Position numbers and translations under genes: made by a program | The notes under the pieces: model-generated | The model's database searches: none | What the model was told of the DNA's origin: nothing | The model's input: only the letters and a program-made list of their open reading frames with translations | NCBI RefSeq assembly: GCF_965277465.1 | Contig: NZ_CBDICW010000001.1 | Location: forward strand, 451,654-515,653 | Source: Mucilaginibacter sp. | GTDB lineage: Bacteria > Bacteroidota > Bacteroidia > Sphingobacteriales > Sphingobacteriaceae | DNA: 64,000 nucleotides | Direction: 5' to 3' | Shown: positions 1-11,044 of the stretch, piece after piece | Layout: each line of letters starts with the position of its first letter | How positions within the stretch are numbered: position 1 is the stretch's first letter

Positions 1-480
1 GGGCATTTGATCGGAAACGACCCTGCTTTCAAAAACTTCCTTCATCGCGTCATATTTATTTGTATTGACCGAAGTTTTAAAAAGTTTTGTTATGAACAAT
101 ATCATTAACCCTGCGCACACTACGACCATCGTGGTAAGAAGTGGGCGTCTATAAATCATGTAACTACTTCGTATTTCATGCGCTGAACGTTTACCCTCAA
201 AACTATTTTCGTCCATCCTTTTTTTGAAGGCTCTCCAATCTTCCAAATCCAGCGCATGGGCTAAAACATTAAGGGTAGCGATTGTTGGTGTACTCTTATA
301 TTGCACCTTACCCCATAACCTCTTTAAAGTCGATAAGCTTAAGCGGGTATTAGTTTTGGAAAAAATAATTTCACTCAATTTTTCAAAATCATACTCACTC
401 CAGGTATCACTGCTTTCCCAGCCTAAAGATTTTTCAAAAAGTTCCCGCCATAAGCGAATGTATGGCTCTTCTTTGCCCAT
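1..480 (-). CDS. hypothetical membrane-anchored protein, N-terminal 160 codons only (ORF runs off the window start)
   Basis: Not in the ORF track. Manual translation of the minus strand from the ATG at 480-478 stays open to position 1: MGKEEPYIRLWRELFEKSLGWESSDTWSEYDFEKLSEIIFSKTNTRLSLSTLKRLWG..., followed by the hydrophobic segment LLTTMVVVCAGLMILFI. The 224..607 + ORF is its antisense shadow. Confidence 0.5.
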   Translation of the reverse strand, partial: MGKEEPYIRLWRELFEKSLGWESSDTWSEYDFEKLSEIIFSKTNTRLSLSTLKRLWGKVQYKSTPTIATLNVLAHALDLEDWRAFKKRMDENSFEGKRSAHEIRSSYMIYRRPLLTTMVVVCAGLMILFITKLFKTSVNTNKYDAMKEVFESRVVSDQMP

Positions 481-654
481 GCTAATCTGTTATATTAATT
501 CGCTGATGTTACCAATCTGGTATAATTCAAAATTAGCGAAACTACACCGTCCCGGCAATATTATAAGTAACTGGCAAATAATGCGATGGAACTTGAACCG
601 AAGTTGAACACTGCTTGAATTGCCGCAGAAAAAAGGAAACTCGAACTTTGCAGC

Positions 655-1728
655 ATGAAAAATAATTCAATGCTGCGCACGGTAGAAGTCCGTTATATGA
701 TGATATTAATGCTATTGATTGTATTCGCTTTTAAAAGCTCTGCAACAATGGGTCAAACCCTTTACATAGATGCTTTAAAAGGAAAAAACAATGCCAAAGG
801 AACAGTTAATGATCCCCTACTATCCCTTGACGAGACTGTGTTAAAAACAAATAGTTTTAAAGGCAATGAACCTGTGACCATAAAGCTGAACCCCGGTTTA
901 TATACGGTTACCCACAAACTTATCTTAAAAACAGCCGGATCGGCTGCCGGTAAGGAGCCGTATACCATCGAGGCTGTTACTTTGCCTGACGATAAAGCAT
1001 GGCAACCGACCAGTATGCCGGTGATCCTTTGTATATCAGGCAATAATGCCGACTACGAATTTGCTCATTGCGAGGGAATGTCTGTCTTCCAAAACAATAT
1101 AAATATTAGAGGTCTGAAATTTGTCGGTAATCCAAATACAAGCGTACATTACTACTATCCAATAGGCCGGCACGATAAAACGTTAAGCGGGTTGAATGTT
1201 ACGCAATGCCTTTTTATCGGCGAAGCGAATTCTTCAGCAATTCAAAGTGCGTTTTGGGTCGCCGGCCAGGGAATCCATGTAGACCATTGTATCTTTCATA
1301 ATAGTAAGATCGCTTTTGTGCTCAGCGGGAATATCAACGGCTTTTCGTTGACGCATTCCATCATTGACGGTGCTTATAATACTGCTATATGGTATGGATT
1401 TGACGGAACGCAGCCAAAATTTACCTTCAAAAATAACATTGTTACCAATTGCTATTATGTGATGGTCTATCCTGTAGAAAACGGGCAACCTGCTTACACA
1501 TTCAGTGATTCTTATATTACCAATAATAAAAACTACTTGGGTTATTATCCAAAGGCACAGGATAGATTTTTTTCCGAACCAAAAAAGCACATAAAAGAAA
1601 TCAATATCAAAAAAACAGGGATATTAGAACTTGCAGATGTCAAAGATGACGGAATTACCAAGGACAATCTTAATCCGACCAAAAATTCAGCAGGGAAAAG
1701 TACTGGTGCCGGAATATTTATGAAATAA
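655..1728 (+). CDS. secreted right-handed beta-helix repeat protein (pectin-lyase-fold-like), function unknown
   Basis: 357-aa ORF with an N-terminal hydrophobic signal-like segment. Repeated short beta-strand motifs are rich in N/G/I/V (NNINIRGLKFVGN, IHVDHCIFHNSKIAF, FTFKNNIVTNCYY), typical of parallel beta-helix proteins. Confidence 0.55.
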   Translation: MKNNSMLRTVEVRYMMILMLLIVFAFKSSATMGQTLYIDALKGKNNAKGTVNDPLLSLDETVLKTNSFKGNEPVTIKLNPGLYTVTHKLILKTAGSAAGKEPYTIEAVTLPDDKAWQPTSMPVILCISGNNADYEFAHCEGMSVFQNNINIRGLKFVGNPNTSVHYYYPIGRHDKTLSGLNVTQCLFIGEANSSAIQSAFWVAGQGIHVDHCIFHNSKIAFVLSGNINGFSLTHSIIDGAYNTAIWYGFDGTQPKFTFKNNIVTNCYYVMVYPVENGQPAYTFSDSYITNNKNYLGYYPKAQDRFFSEPKKHIKEINIKKTGILELADVKDDGITKDNLNPTKNSAGKSTGAGIFMK

Positions 1729-1942
1729 ATGATATAGCGGTAAGACGATGCCTGAAGCGTTTTACTCTTACTTTTCAAAACAAAATTATTTCCTGTTTTC
1801 AATTTCAGAAATAACCAAAAAAGGGCGGGTTGAATTGTTTAAGTTTATATAAAATAAGGTCAAGTCCCTTTAATTGATCTTATTTCATTCCAAGGGCTGC
1901 CTGATTTCATAAAATAGTTAAGGCCCGTATCAAGCAACAAAC

Positions 1943-4900
1943 ATGAAGTTAACCTACAAATTTTTCCAACTGCTAGCATTTATTTTATTATGTGTATCAG
2001 TTTCAGCAGTTCATGCTCAGCAAAGCCTCCGATGGATGCAACAGCCTGCCGTATCACCGGATGCTAAATGGATTGCTTTTGAATATAGAGGAAATGTTTA
2101 TAAGGTTTCTTCACACGGTGGTAAAGCGATTCCATTGACGAAAGAAATTTCTTATAATGGTTACCCGATATGGAGTCATGATGGTTCCAAGATTTCTTTT
2201 GCTTCAGATCGAAATGGGAATTTCGATGTTTACATCATGTCCTCTTCAGGTACCGAACCAAAACGATTAACATTTAACTCCACTAAAGACATCCCTTATG
2301 AATTTTCAAATGATGATGTTTCCGTCTATTTTGGAACTACCCGTCATGATGTTTATTCATCGGTCCGCTCTCCGCAGGATAGATTTTTTCTAAAACTTTT
2401 CAAAGTTCCTGCATCAGGAGGAGCCAGTTTGATGGTCAATAGCGCCGGAATGGAATTCGCTCATTTTAACCATCAGGGAGACTTAATTATTTTCCAGGAT
2501 AACAAAGGTAGTGTTGAAGACAGCTATAGAAAACACGCGACATCTTCGGTTACCAGAGATATCTGGAGTTTCAATACTAAGACGAACGTCTATTCTAAAT
2601 TGTCGCCTTTTCCTGGTGAGGACCGGGAACCATTGTGGGGCGACGGTGATGATTTTTACTATTTAAGCGAGCGAAACGGCAACCAAAATCTTTTTAAATC
2701 TTCAACTGCGGATACAGGCAAAATTAAACAACTCACGTTTTTTGAAAAAAATCCGGTTCGTAATCTTTCCAGGTCAGCAAACGGCAGTTTTGTCTTTACT
2801 TATAACGGCGATTTGTATACCTTTTCAGAGGGACGCATTCCGCATAAAATTATTGTCAAGTTTAGTGAGGCCGCCAAAGACAGCATTATTTCAATCCCGG
2901 TAAAAGGCTCATCCGGTGATTTCGATGTTTCTAAGGATGGAAAACAAATCGCCTTCGTAATGCGCGGAGACGTATATGTAACCTCTACAGATAGTAGCAG
3001 TATTACCCGGAGAATCACCAATACCCCTTATGTCGAAAGTATGGTGAATTTCAGCCCTGATGGTAAAAAGTTACTTTATTCCGTTGAACATGCAGGCTCC
3101 TGGGATATTAATCAGGTAACCATTGCAGACCCAGCTGAAAAATACTTTTACACTGCAAAAGCCCTAAATACAACCAGTATTATCGCCGGGCCGCAAGATG
3201 AATTTCAAGGGGTTTACTCACCCGACGGAACAAAAATCGCTTACCTGGAGAATAGGGAAATTCTGAAGAGTTACGATGTAACAACCAAAGCAATACATAC
3301 GCTGCTTCCCTATGGCATCAATTTTTCCATGAGAGATGGCGACCAATCATTCACCTGGTCACCAGACAGCAAATCTATTTTAGTGCAACATGGACATCAA
3401 AATATTATCCTGGTCAGTGATGATGGGTCTGGTAGGCGAATAAACGTAACAAAAAGCGCATTTGAAGATAAACTGCCGCATTGGGGACCTTCAGGCAGTA
3501 CCATGTATACACTTTCTGCAAAAAACGGACTAACCAACTTCACCCGCGATCAGAGTCAGTTTGATATATTAGAAACCTTTTTTGATAAACGGGCGTGGGA
3601 TGATGACCGGCTCGATAAAGCGGAAGATAAGTCTTTAAGTAAGATCGAAAAAATATCGACTTTATTTTCAGACACCACCTATCATACGAAGCAGCTTACA
3701 TCCTCTCCGGCGAAAATTAACGACTTTGCAGTATCCAGGGACGGCAAACTGATTTATCTGCTCGCCAGCTATGAAAACAATTTCGACCTCTATACACTGG
3801 ATATAAAGTCCAAAGAAATTCATCTTTTTTCAAAACTTAATGCACAAAATCCGAAGATGAAACTAACCAATAATGGAAATACCATAGTATTAATTGGTGA
3901 CGACAGCCAGTTTAAAACGATTGACGCTATTTCGGGGAAAGAAGTCGCTGTGACGATAAATATGAAATCGGAAATTAATATTACCCAGGAGCGTAATGGA
4001 GTTTATGACCATATATATCTATTGATAAAGAAGCGATTTATGGACCCGAAGTTAAACGGTGTTGACTTTGAGTATTATTACACCAATTATAGGCAGTTTC
4101 TTCCATACGTCAATAATAGTTACGATTTTAAAATCCTTGTATCCGAGTTGCTCGGCGAATTGAATACTTCACACCTGGTTCCTCAATTATCCGTCTCTAT
4201 TCCCCATGCGCAATACACGGCCTCTTTGGGTTTACTATATGACCTGACGCGAACAGACGACGGCCTTTTGGTAAAGGAAGTGATCGCCGGAGGTCCATTT
4301 GATAATGAAAGCACCAAAATGCGCACGGGCATGATTATCGATCAAATTGACGGTCGAAAAATAACTATTGACGACGACTGGACTAAATATCTAAATAACA
4401 AAACAGATTCTACCGTTAGGGTCAGTTTTCATGAGTTGAAGACCGGGAAACAATACAAAGAAAAAATTCGCGCAATTGAGTTGCGAGACGAGACCTATAA
4501 CTTAATGCAAGCACGCTGGGTGAAACAAATGGAACACTTAACGGATAGTCTTTCCGGCGGTAAAATTGGGTATGTTTACATTAGCCAGATGGATGATGAT
4601 AATTTCCGCTCCTTTTATGATAAAGTGTTAGGGGGCTATGCCGATAAAAAAGCTTTGATCGTTGATACCAGGTTTAATAACGGCGGCGATTTATTGGACT
4701 TACTGACATCCTTTTTGAGTGGTAAAATTTATTTGACTGAAAGAAGGCAGGGACAAGTGACTGAAGGCGGTGAGCCAGACACGAAATGGACCAAACCCAG
4801 TTGCATCATAATGAATGAGTCCAACTATTCCGATGCTTTCAGGGTGCCTTTTATTTACAAATATTTAGGATTAGGTAAAGTTATCGGTATGCCCGTACCC

Positions 4901-5119
4901 GGAACAGGAACTGCCGCAGTAGCTGAAAGGCAATTGATTCCTGGTTTTGCTATAGGAGTTCCACAGGGTGGCACTTATCGTCCCGGCGATGTTCATCCTT
5001 CGGAAAATCACCAGTTGATGCCTGACATATTAATAAACGATGATTATTCAACCATACTCAATGGCAGGGATCAGCAAATAGAAGCTTCGGTTAAGGAGCT
5101 TTTAAAAACAATTAAATAA
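1943..5119 (+). CDS. tricorn-type / S41 family peptidase with N-terminal TolB-like (PD40/WD40-like) beta-propeller repeats
   Basis: 1058 aa with a signal peptide (LLCVSVSAVHAQ). PD40-like repeats are present (SPDAKWIAFEY, WSHDGSKISFASDRNGNFDVY, FSPDGKKLLYS, YSPDGTKIAYL, WSPDSKSILV). The C-terminal S41-like region contains IVDTRFNNGGD and NESNYSDAF. Confidence 0.8.
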   Translation: MKLTYKFFQLLAFILLCVSVSAVHAQQSLRWMQQPAVSPDAKWIAFEYRGNVYKVSSHGGKAIPLTKEISYNGYPIWSHDGSKISFASDRNGNFDVYIMSSSGTEPKRLTFNSTKDIPYEFSNDDVSVYFGTTRHDVYSSVRSPQDRFFLKLFKVPASGGASLMVNSAGMEFAHFNHQGDLIIFQDNKGSVEDSYRKHATSSVTRDIWSFNTKTNVYSKLSPFPGEDREPLWGDGDDFYYLSERNGNQNLFKSSTADTGKIKQLTFFEKNPVRNLSRSANGSFVFTYNGDLYTFSEGRIPHKIIVKFSEAAKDSIISIPVKGSSGDFDVSKDGKQIAFVMRGDVYVTSTDSSSITRRITNTPYVESMVNFSPDGKKLLYSVEHAGSWDINQVTIADPAEKYFYTAKALNTTSIIAGPQDEFQGVYSPDGTKIAYLENREILKSYDVTTKAIHTLLPYGINFSMRDGDQSFTWSPDSKSILVQHGHQNIILVSDDGSGRRINVTKSAFEDKLPHWGPSGSTMYTLSAKNGLTNFTRDQSQFDILETFFDKRAWDDDRLDKAEDKSLSKIEKISTLFSDTTYHTKQLTSSPAKINDFAVSRDGKLIYLLASYENNFDLYTLDIKSKEIHLFSKLNAQNPKMKLTNNGNTIVLIGDDSQFKTIDAISGKEVAVTINMKSEINITQERNGVYDHIYLLIKKRFMDPKLNGVDFEYYYTNYRQFLPYVNNSYDFKILVSELLGELNTSHLVPQLSVSIPHAQYTASLGLLYDLTRTDDGLLVKEVIAGGPFDNESTKMRTGMIIDQIDGRKITIDDDWTKYLNNKTDSTVRVSFHELKTGKQYKEKIRAIELRDETYNLMQARWVKQMEHLTDSLSGGKIGYVYISQMDDDNFRSFYDKVLGGYADKKALIVDTRFNNGGDLLDLLTSFLSGKIYLTERRQGQVTEGGEPDTKWTKPSCIIMNESNYSDAFRVPFIYKYLGLGKVIGMPVPGTGTAAVAERQLIPGFAIGVPQGGTYRPGDVHPSENHQLMPDILINDDYSTILNGRDQQIEASVKELLKTIK

Positions 5120-5128
5120 CTACCCATC

Positions 5129-6838
5129 ATGGAAATAATGCAGCATAAATTAATGGTTCCTCTTTCGCTGCTTTTACTCTTTTTTGTCTATGCGGATCTA
5201 TCAGCACAGGATCAAAAGCCAATTCAAAAAAGCTTAAAAATAAAAGACTATTCACCGCTGATCAGGCAGTTGGATAGCCTTATAAAGAAAAGAATGGCTC
5301 AATACAACATTAAAGGTGTTTCCATATCCCTGGTTGATGACAAATCGGTAATTTTGCAAAAAGGTTTTGGTTTTACCGATAAAACTCAACAATCTACAGT
5401 AAATGAAAAAACCTTATTCAGCATACAATCTATTTCAAAGACTTATTTAACTACTGCATTCCTGATGGAGGCATCTAAAGGGAATTATAAGCTTGACGAT
5501 CCGCTTACTAGATACTATCCGTCATTTTCTATAAAGTCGAGGTTTGGGACCAATGAAGCCCAAAAAATAACGCTTCGGCAATTATTAAGCCACCGGGCCG
5601 GATTTTGTCAGGAAGCGCCTGTTGGAAGCAATTATGATACTGTACACTGCACCTATAAAGAACATATCAAAAGTATAAGTGATGGTTGGCTGAGGCTTCC
5701 GGTGGGGAAATTTTACAGTTACTCAAATGAAGGACTAGATTTAATTGGATTTGTGCTATCAAAAAAGGCAGGGATTTCTATCGGCGATTACCTGAAGCAA
5801 AATTTATTAACCCCGCTTGGGATGAATAATAGCACCTATAACCAGGATGAGGCCTATGACTATGGTAATATAGCCAAAGGTTATTACAGGAACAATGAAT
5901 TAAAAAAGACGTACATAGCCGATGTGGCAGCCGGCGGACTTTACTCCAATGCCGCAGATATGGCTAAATTTCTTCGATACCAATTTAATGATTGTAAGAT
6001 TAACGGGAAGCTAACCATATCACCTGCATTACTCACTCAAATGCATACGGTGCAGTTTAAACTTGGTGAACAAAAGGCGGGATATGGCTTAGGTATTATG
6101 ATAAAACCTTATCATGGGGCCACTTTATTATATCATCCGGGAGGTGGATACGGATACAGTGCAGAGCAAGCATGGATTCCGGGAGCTAAATTAGGCGTTG
6201 TAATTTTAACAAACAGTGCTGACGGGTACGCATTTAATCAGGAAATCTTCAATGAGGCATTGGAAGGGATGCTAAGCGTCAAATTCGGATCGCTAAAAGC
6301 TGACAAACAACACGTTCACAAACCTGTTATTCAATTAAGCGATAGGTACCTAAAGAAATTAACAGGAACTTATAAAACGGGAAGAAGCCTGGCAGAAATT
6401 AGGTATTCAGCTAAAAAACTATTATTAATTTCCGGTTCCGACACATCTTTTTTAACTGCAAACAGCAACATAAAATTTTCAGATGCTAAGGGCAATGAAC
6501 TCATCTTTCATTTCAACAAAAATGGCACGCCTGCCTATTACATAAATGTGAATCAAAACGATGCTGATTTTTACATCTTTAATGACGCGGCAAACGATAA
6601 ACCCGGGGCCAATAAGGCATCCTGGAGGGCCCTGACAGGCACTTATAAAGGATATAATGACAGGCAGGAAGAAATTATCAAGCTATTTATGAAGAACGGT
6701 TACCTGTATTGTTCAGCGGGCGGCCCAACAAGGGTGAGCGAATATAAGCCGGGTTTACTTTTTACAGCAGACGGAGAGTCAATCTTTAAAAGGAACAGCA
6801 TCCTGTATCTTGGAAACCGCAGCTATTATAAAAAATAA
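5129..6838 (+). CDS. serine hydrolase, class C beta-lactamase / PBP-like family
   Basis: 569 aa with a signal peptide. It has the S-x-x-K motif (SISKTY) and a Y-x-N motif (YSYSNEG). Confidence 0.85.
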   Translation: MEIMQHKLMVPLSLLLLFFVYADLSAQDQKPIQKSLKIKDYSPLIRQLDSLIKKRMAQYNIKGVSISLVDDKSVILQKGFGFTDKTQQSTVNEKTLFSIQSISKTYLTTAFLMEASKGNYKLDDPLTRYYPSFSIKSRFGTNEAQKITLRQLLSHRAGFCQEAPVGSNYDTVHCTYKEHIKSISDGWLRLPVGKFYSYSNEGLDLIGFVLSKKAGISIGDYLKQNLLTPLGMNNSTYNQDEAYDYGNIAKGYYRNNELKKTYIADVAAGGLYSNAADMAKFLRYQFNDCKINGKLTISPALLTQMHTVQFKLGEQKAGYGLGIMIKPYHGATLLYHPGGGYGYSAEQAWIPGAKLGVVILTNSADGYAFNQEIFNEALEGMLSVKFGSLKADKQHVHKPVIQLSDRYLKKLTGTYKTGRSLAEIRYSAKKLLLISGSDTSFLTANSNIKFSDAKGNELIFHFNKNGTPAYYINVNQNDADFYIFNDAANDKPGANKASWRALTGTYKGYNDRQEEIIKLFMKNGYLYCSAGGPTRVSEYKPGLLFTADGESIFKRNSILYLGNRSYYKK

Positions 6839-6985
6839 CTATCACTGATTTGCTTACCTGCTATTTAAGCCGATAGTGTTATTGATTTCATTTAAATTCT
6901 ATGATAATAGTTTTACAGCATAAGTTAAGATTGACAATAAATTCAGATAATTTCGGCTTAGAATTAACAGATATTAAAATGTGGC

Positions 6986-8035
6986 ATGTTCAGTAAGCTA
7001 AACAAGTGGGCAGGGGTAGCGATTTTCGCTATAGCGATGATGGTAGTCTCCTGGTATAGTCTGAAGGGCCATGGGTTAACAGATTCCGGAAGGGTCGTCC
7101 AATGGATGGCCGGAGACCTGCTTTTTATTTTGATGTATTGGAGTTTATACCGTTTAGCCTTTAGATCGATTAGCAAAAAATGGCCATTGGCTTTCCAGGT
7201 CAGAAAGCGCTTATTCTTCCGGCTACTATGGGTCATCGCTTCGATTTTGATCATTGGCGCCGCTTTGGATACCTTAAATTACGGCTTGCCTTATTTTTTT
7301 AAGGTTGGCAACAACCTCCAGAATTTTAATCACCTGGTGGAAAATAGCCTTTTATTTATCGCGCCGCTTATCCTTATTTATAACATTTACCTTTTTTTTC
7401 GTTTATATGAGCAAAATATTATTGAGAATGAACAGCTTAAGAAAGAGGCCCTGGTCGCTCAGTTTGAGATCCTGAAAAATCAAATAAGCCCGCATTTTTT
7501 ATTTAACAGCCTGAATGCTTTGATTGCACTGATACCCAAAGATGAAATGATGGCAGTTTCTTATACGCAAAAGCTGTCTAATGTCTATCGGCGATTATTG
7601 GATAATACCGGAAGACAAACGATCAGCCTGTCAGAGGAATTAATTTTCCTGGCTGATTACATCTTTATTTATGAAAGGCGCTTTGGGACTAAAATGGCGG
7701 TGAATATGGTTTTCCCTGATGATATCAAGCAACAGTTGGTCGTGCCGTTTGCGCTGCAAATGCTGGTTGAAAATGCAGTTAAACATAATACTATTTCGCG
7801 GAATAATCCGCTGACCATCCGGCTTTTTATCGAAGACGATCATATTGTGATAGAAAACAATCTCCAGGTTAGGAAAGCGCCCGTTGTCTCTACCGGTATA
7901 GGTCTTGAAAATATCATTAACCGCTACAATTTGTTAACCGGGAAACAGGTGATCGTTCTAAATACAGGCACCCATTTCCGCGTGTCATTACCGCTGATCC
8001 TTAAAGAAGATATTTATGAAAGTAATTATTATTGA
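6986..8035 (+). CDS. LytS/YehU-type sensor histidine kinase
   Basis: Multi-TM N-terminus. The His_kinase (PF06580-type) signature ISPHFLFNSLN and the N-box LVENAVKHN are present. It overlaps the downstream response regulator by 20 nt. Confidence 0.85.
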   Translation: MFSKLNKWAGVAIFAIAMMVVSWYSLKGHGLTDSGRVVQWMAGDLLFILMYWSLYRLAFRSISKKWPLAFQVRKRLFFRLLWVIASILIIGAALDTLNYGLPYFFKVGNNLQNFNHLVENSLLFIAPLILIYNIYLFFRLYEQNIIENEQLKKEALVAQFEILKNQISPHFLFNSLNALIALIPKDEMMAVSYTQKLSNVYRRLLDNTGRQTISLSEELIFLADYIFIYERRFGTKMAVNMVFPDDIKQQLVVPFALQMLVENAVKHNTISRNNPLTIRLFIEDDHIVIENNLQVRKAPVVSTGIGLENIINRYNLLTGKQVIVLNTGTHFRVSLPLILKEDIYESNYY

Positions 8036-8783
8036 GGATGAGGAACTCGCAGCAGAGCGGCTCGCCGGTATGCTCACGCAACTTGATCCAACGTTAGAAG
8101 TTATCGATGTCATAGAAAGTGTAGATGATGCAGTACGGCGATTTTCAGGCGGAATCCAGCCCGACCTGGTATTTATGGATATCCGGCTGGCCGACGGCGA
8201 ATCTTTTGAAATATTCGACCAGGTAAAAATAACCACACCGGTGATCTTTGTCACCGCCTATGACGAACATGCCATCAGGGCTTTCCAGGTCAACACCATA
8301 GATTATTTACTCAAACCGGTGGAGGTAGCAGCGCTCGAAAAGGCACTTGCCAAGTTTCATGCATATGCGCCTGTACCTTTGAATATTATGGCGCTCTTGA
8401 AATCATTGAATACCGGTTCTACAACTTCCGAACCACCTCGGAAATTCAAAGCGCGTTTTTTGGTCAGGTCTGGCGATAAATTTATTCCGGTAAGTACAAA
8501 TGATATCAGCTATTTCAGCTTCGAAAACAAATTGTCCTTTCTGCACCTGGCAAACGGGACGCGTTATATGTTGGATCAAACCATGGACGAACTGGAGGCC
8601 ACCCTCGATCCCGGCCTTTTTTTTCGCATCAGCCGCCAGTATATCGTTTCCTTTGAATCGGTTAAAACGGTGCATAATTTTTTTAACGGCAAACTTAAAG
8701 TATACCTTCACGCGTTGCCTGAAGATGGCATCATGGTCAGCCGCTACCGTGCTAATTTGTTAAAAGAATGGTTGAACCGGTAG
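8016..8783 (+). CDS. LytR/AlgR (LytTR DNA-binding) family response regulator
   Basis: It has a receiver domain (MKVIIIEDE...DLVFMDIRLADG...YLLKP). The C-terminal LytTR-like region contains FFRISRQYIVSFESV. Confidence 0.9.
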   Translation: MKVIIIEDEELAAERLAGMLTQLDPTLEVIDVIESVDDAVRRFSGGIQPDLVFMDIRLADGESFEIFDQVKITTPVIFVTAYDEHAIRAFQVNTIDYLLKPVEVAALEKALAKFHAYAPVPLNIMALLKSLNTGSTTSEPPRKFKARFLVRSGDKFIPVSTNDISYFSFENKLSFLHLANGTRYMLDQTMDELEATLDPGLFFRISRQYIVSFESVKTVHNFFNGKLKVYLHALPEDGIMVSRYRANLLKEWLNR

Positions 8784-8933
8784 TGGCCGTCTTTTGTCTC
8801 CCATTCTTAAATTCACTTTCATTTCAGTCAGTCTAATTAACCACTCGTACCTAAATTCCCGCCCTTGGGATACATTATGATTTCCTTACGAGGGTTTGCC
8901 TATTACTATTGCAGGAAATAATCAACGAAAGAC

Positions 8934-9344
8934 ATGACCACAACCCTAAAAACGCTGGCAGTAATGATCACCCTGCTGATTGCCCGTACCCAAATTGATC
9001 AGAAAAGTCCCCTGCTGATCGGTAGCTGGAAGGTAAGCGATATACACGCGGAATACCCGGCAACTTTGACAGCCATGGAAAAGATGAAAGCGGAACAATC
9101 CTTTATGTCAATGCAAAAAATGTTCGAATCTTCACCTTTTATTTTTGAGAAGAACGGTGACCTGACCGTTATGCAGAAATCTGCCAGCTGGGAATTAGCC
9201 AAAGATGAAAAATCTTTCAAGATCATCCTGATGAAGAATGAGGGCCTCGACGCCAACATAGTTTCTCTCAGTGCAAAAAAACTGGTCTTCACCGTATTAG
9301 ACCACGACATCAAAGAGACTTTTGATCTTGAAAAAATCAAATAA
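8934..9344 (+). CDS. hypothetical small exported protein (lipocalin-like?)
   Basis: 136-aa ORF with a hydrophobic N-terminus. No recognisable catalytic motif. Confidence 0.45.
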   Translation: MTTTLKTLAVMITLLIARTQIDQKSPLLIGSWKVSDIHAEYPATLTAMEKMKAEQSFMSMQKMFESSPFIFEKNGDLTVMQKSASWELAKDEKSFKIILMKNEGLDANIVSLSAKKLVFTVLDHDIKETFDLEKIK

Positions 9345-9394
9345 TAAACTAATTGCCAGTTATTTATATCGTTTATCAACAAATTTAATAGGTT

Positions 9395-9943
9395 ATGCTT
9401 AAAAAGATATTGACCCTGAGCCTTTCTGTCGCTTGCCATTCCTGCTTTGCGCAATCAGGGCCTCCACCCGCTGAAGGGCCGGATCGCGGTTATATTGTTA
9501 AAGTCGGCCAGGAGGCCCCGGACAATTTCATTCTCAAATTAACGGATGGGACAACCACATCACTTAAGGCACTTCGCGGAAAAGTTGTTGTACTGCAACT
9601 GACGGCCAGTTACTGCACCGTTTGCCGTCTGAAATTTCCGCACTTGGAGCATGAGCTGTGGTTGCCATTAAAAGACAAAAACTTTATGCTGATAGCCTTA
9701 GACCGGGATGAGCCACTCGCTAAGGCCATTAAATTTAAAAAAGATATTCAAATTACTTATCCGATGGCGCTTGATCCCGGAGCAGAAATATTCGGCAAGT
9801 TTGCTTATAAACAAGCTGGAATCGCGAGGGACATTGTCATAGATCAAAATGGCAGGATAGTCTTTCTGACAAGGCTCTTTGATCAGAAAGAATTTGAAGA
9901 GATGACCTTGAAGATTAAGAGTCTCCTGTCCAAATCCTTATAA
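9395..9943 (+). CDS. TlpA/redoxin-family thiol:disulfide oxidoreductase
   Basis: Signal peptide and a thioredoxin-fold CxxC motif (SYCTVC) in the context GKVVVLQLTASYCTVCRLKFPHLE. Confidence 0.8.
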   Translation: MLKKILTLSLSVACHSCFAQSGPPPAEGPDRGYIVKVGQEAPDNFILKLTDGTTTSLKALRGKVVVLQLTASYCTVCRLKFPHLEHELWLPLKDKNFMLIALDRDEPLAKAIKFKKDIQITYPMALDPGAEIFGKFAYKQAGIARDIVIDQNGRIVFLTRLFDQKEFEEMTLKIKSLLSKSL

Positions 9944-10059
9944 TGATAACGTAGCAACGCGATGATGCCAATCGGAATTACTTATGGGGAAGGAGTTGTT
10001 AAGGAAACCCGTTAAATAAAATCGAAATACAGCGCATTGAGCATGAATTGTGCATTTTT

Positions 10060-10980
10060 TTAATTAAAGGTTGCTCTAAACGCCAGGGGAGAAAGATCGG
10101 TTTTTGATTTGAAAAATTTGCTAAAAGACTGAGGATGTTCAAAGCCCAACCGGTAAGCAATTTCACTCACTGAAAGATCGCTTCCAACCAATATTTCTTT
10201 TGCCTTTTCAATAAGCTTCAGGTGTATATGCTGTTGTGTGTTATGCCCGGTTAAAGATCTTAATAAATCGCCCAGATATCTTGGTGATACGCCCAACTGT
10301 TCCGCCAGCAGTTGAACCGATGGTAATCCTTTTAGTAAGGCGATTTTATCATTAAAGTAGTTATCTAATAGTCGTTCTAATTTCTCAAGTACCAGGTTAT
10401 TAATCGGCTTTCGGGTAATGAACTGTCGCTTGTAGAAGCGTTGGCTATAGTTAAGCAGCAATTCGATTTGCGATAGGAGAACATCCTGACTGATGTCGTC
10501 TATGGCCGTCTCCAGTTCTTCTTCTATGTTTTTCGCAATTGCACTTATAATGGACCGCTCTTTACCGGATAGATGAAGTGATTCGTTAACGGAATAAGAG
10601 AAAAAATTGTAACTTTTGATTTTGGCATCCAATAGGTAATTTCGCAGAAAATCGGGATGTATCAACAACGTAAAACCGGCGTCCGAAAATGGCGTGTGCA
10701 TGATCGTTAGCGGCTGTCCCGGAGAAGTAAATATCATTCCTCCTTCATCAAAATCGTAAGTGGTTTGACCATATTTAGTTTTGCAGCCTGCAGATTCATT
10801 GTAAGTGATGTTGTAAAAATTCATCATAAAGGATGGGCTGAGCATGTCCCCGGTAATTTGCACTTTACTGTAATCTAATAGACTGATCAAAGGATGGAGC
10901 GGCTTCGGCAAGCCAAAAGCACGTTGGATCTCCGTTATAGAATTGAAGATACGCGGTTTGTTTTTTTGCGCTGATTTCAT
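10060..10980 (-). CDS. AraC family transcriptional regulator
   Basis: C-terminal HTH_18 signature (SVQLLAEQLGVSPRYLGDLLRSLTG...SVSEIAYRLGFEHPQSFSKFFK). Confidence 0.9.
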   Translation of the reverse strand: MKSAQKNKPRIFNSITEIQRAFGLPKPLHPLISLLDYSKVQITGDMLSPSFMMNFYNITYNESAGCKTKYGQTTYDFDEGGMIFTSPGQPLTIMHTPFSDAGFTLLIHPDFLRNYLLDAKIKSYNFFSYSVNESLHLSGKERSIISAIAKNIEEELETAIDDISQDVLLSQIELLLNYSQRFYKRQFITRKPINNLVLEKLERLLDNYFNDKIALLKGLPSVQLLAEQLGVSPRYLGDLLRSLTGHNTQQHIHLKLIEKAKEILVGSDLSVSEIAYRLGFEHPQSFSKFFKSKTDLSPLAFRATFN

Positions 10981-11044
10981 TTTTTGTCCTTTAATTGCCG
11001 GTAAATTAAAAAGTATTTACCGGCAATGTGTTGTTAAATACTGA

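Noticed and set aside
224-607. 127-aa + strand ORF (TTG start)
   Set aside because: It is antisense to the truncated minus-strand gene at 1..480, which has a proper ATG and a TM segment. The + ORF has no recognisable features.
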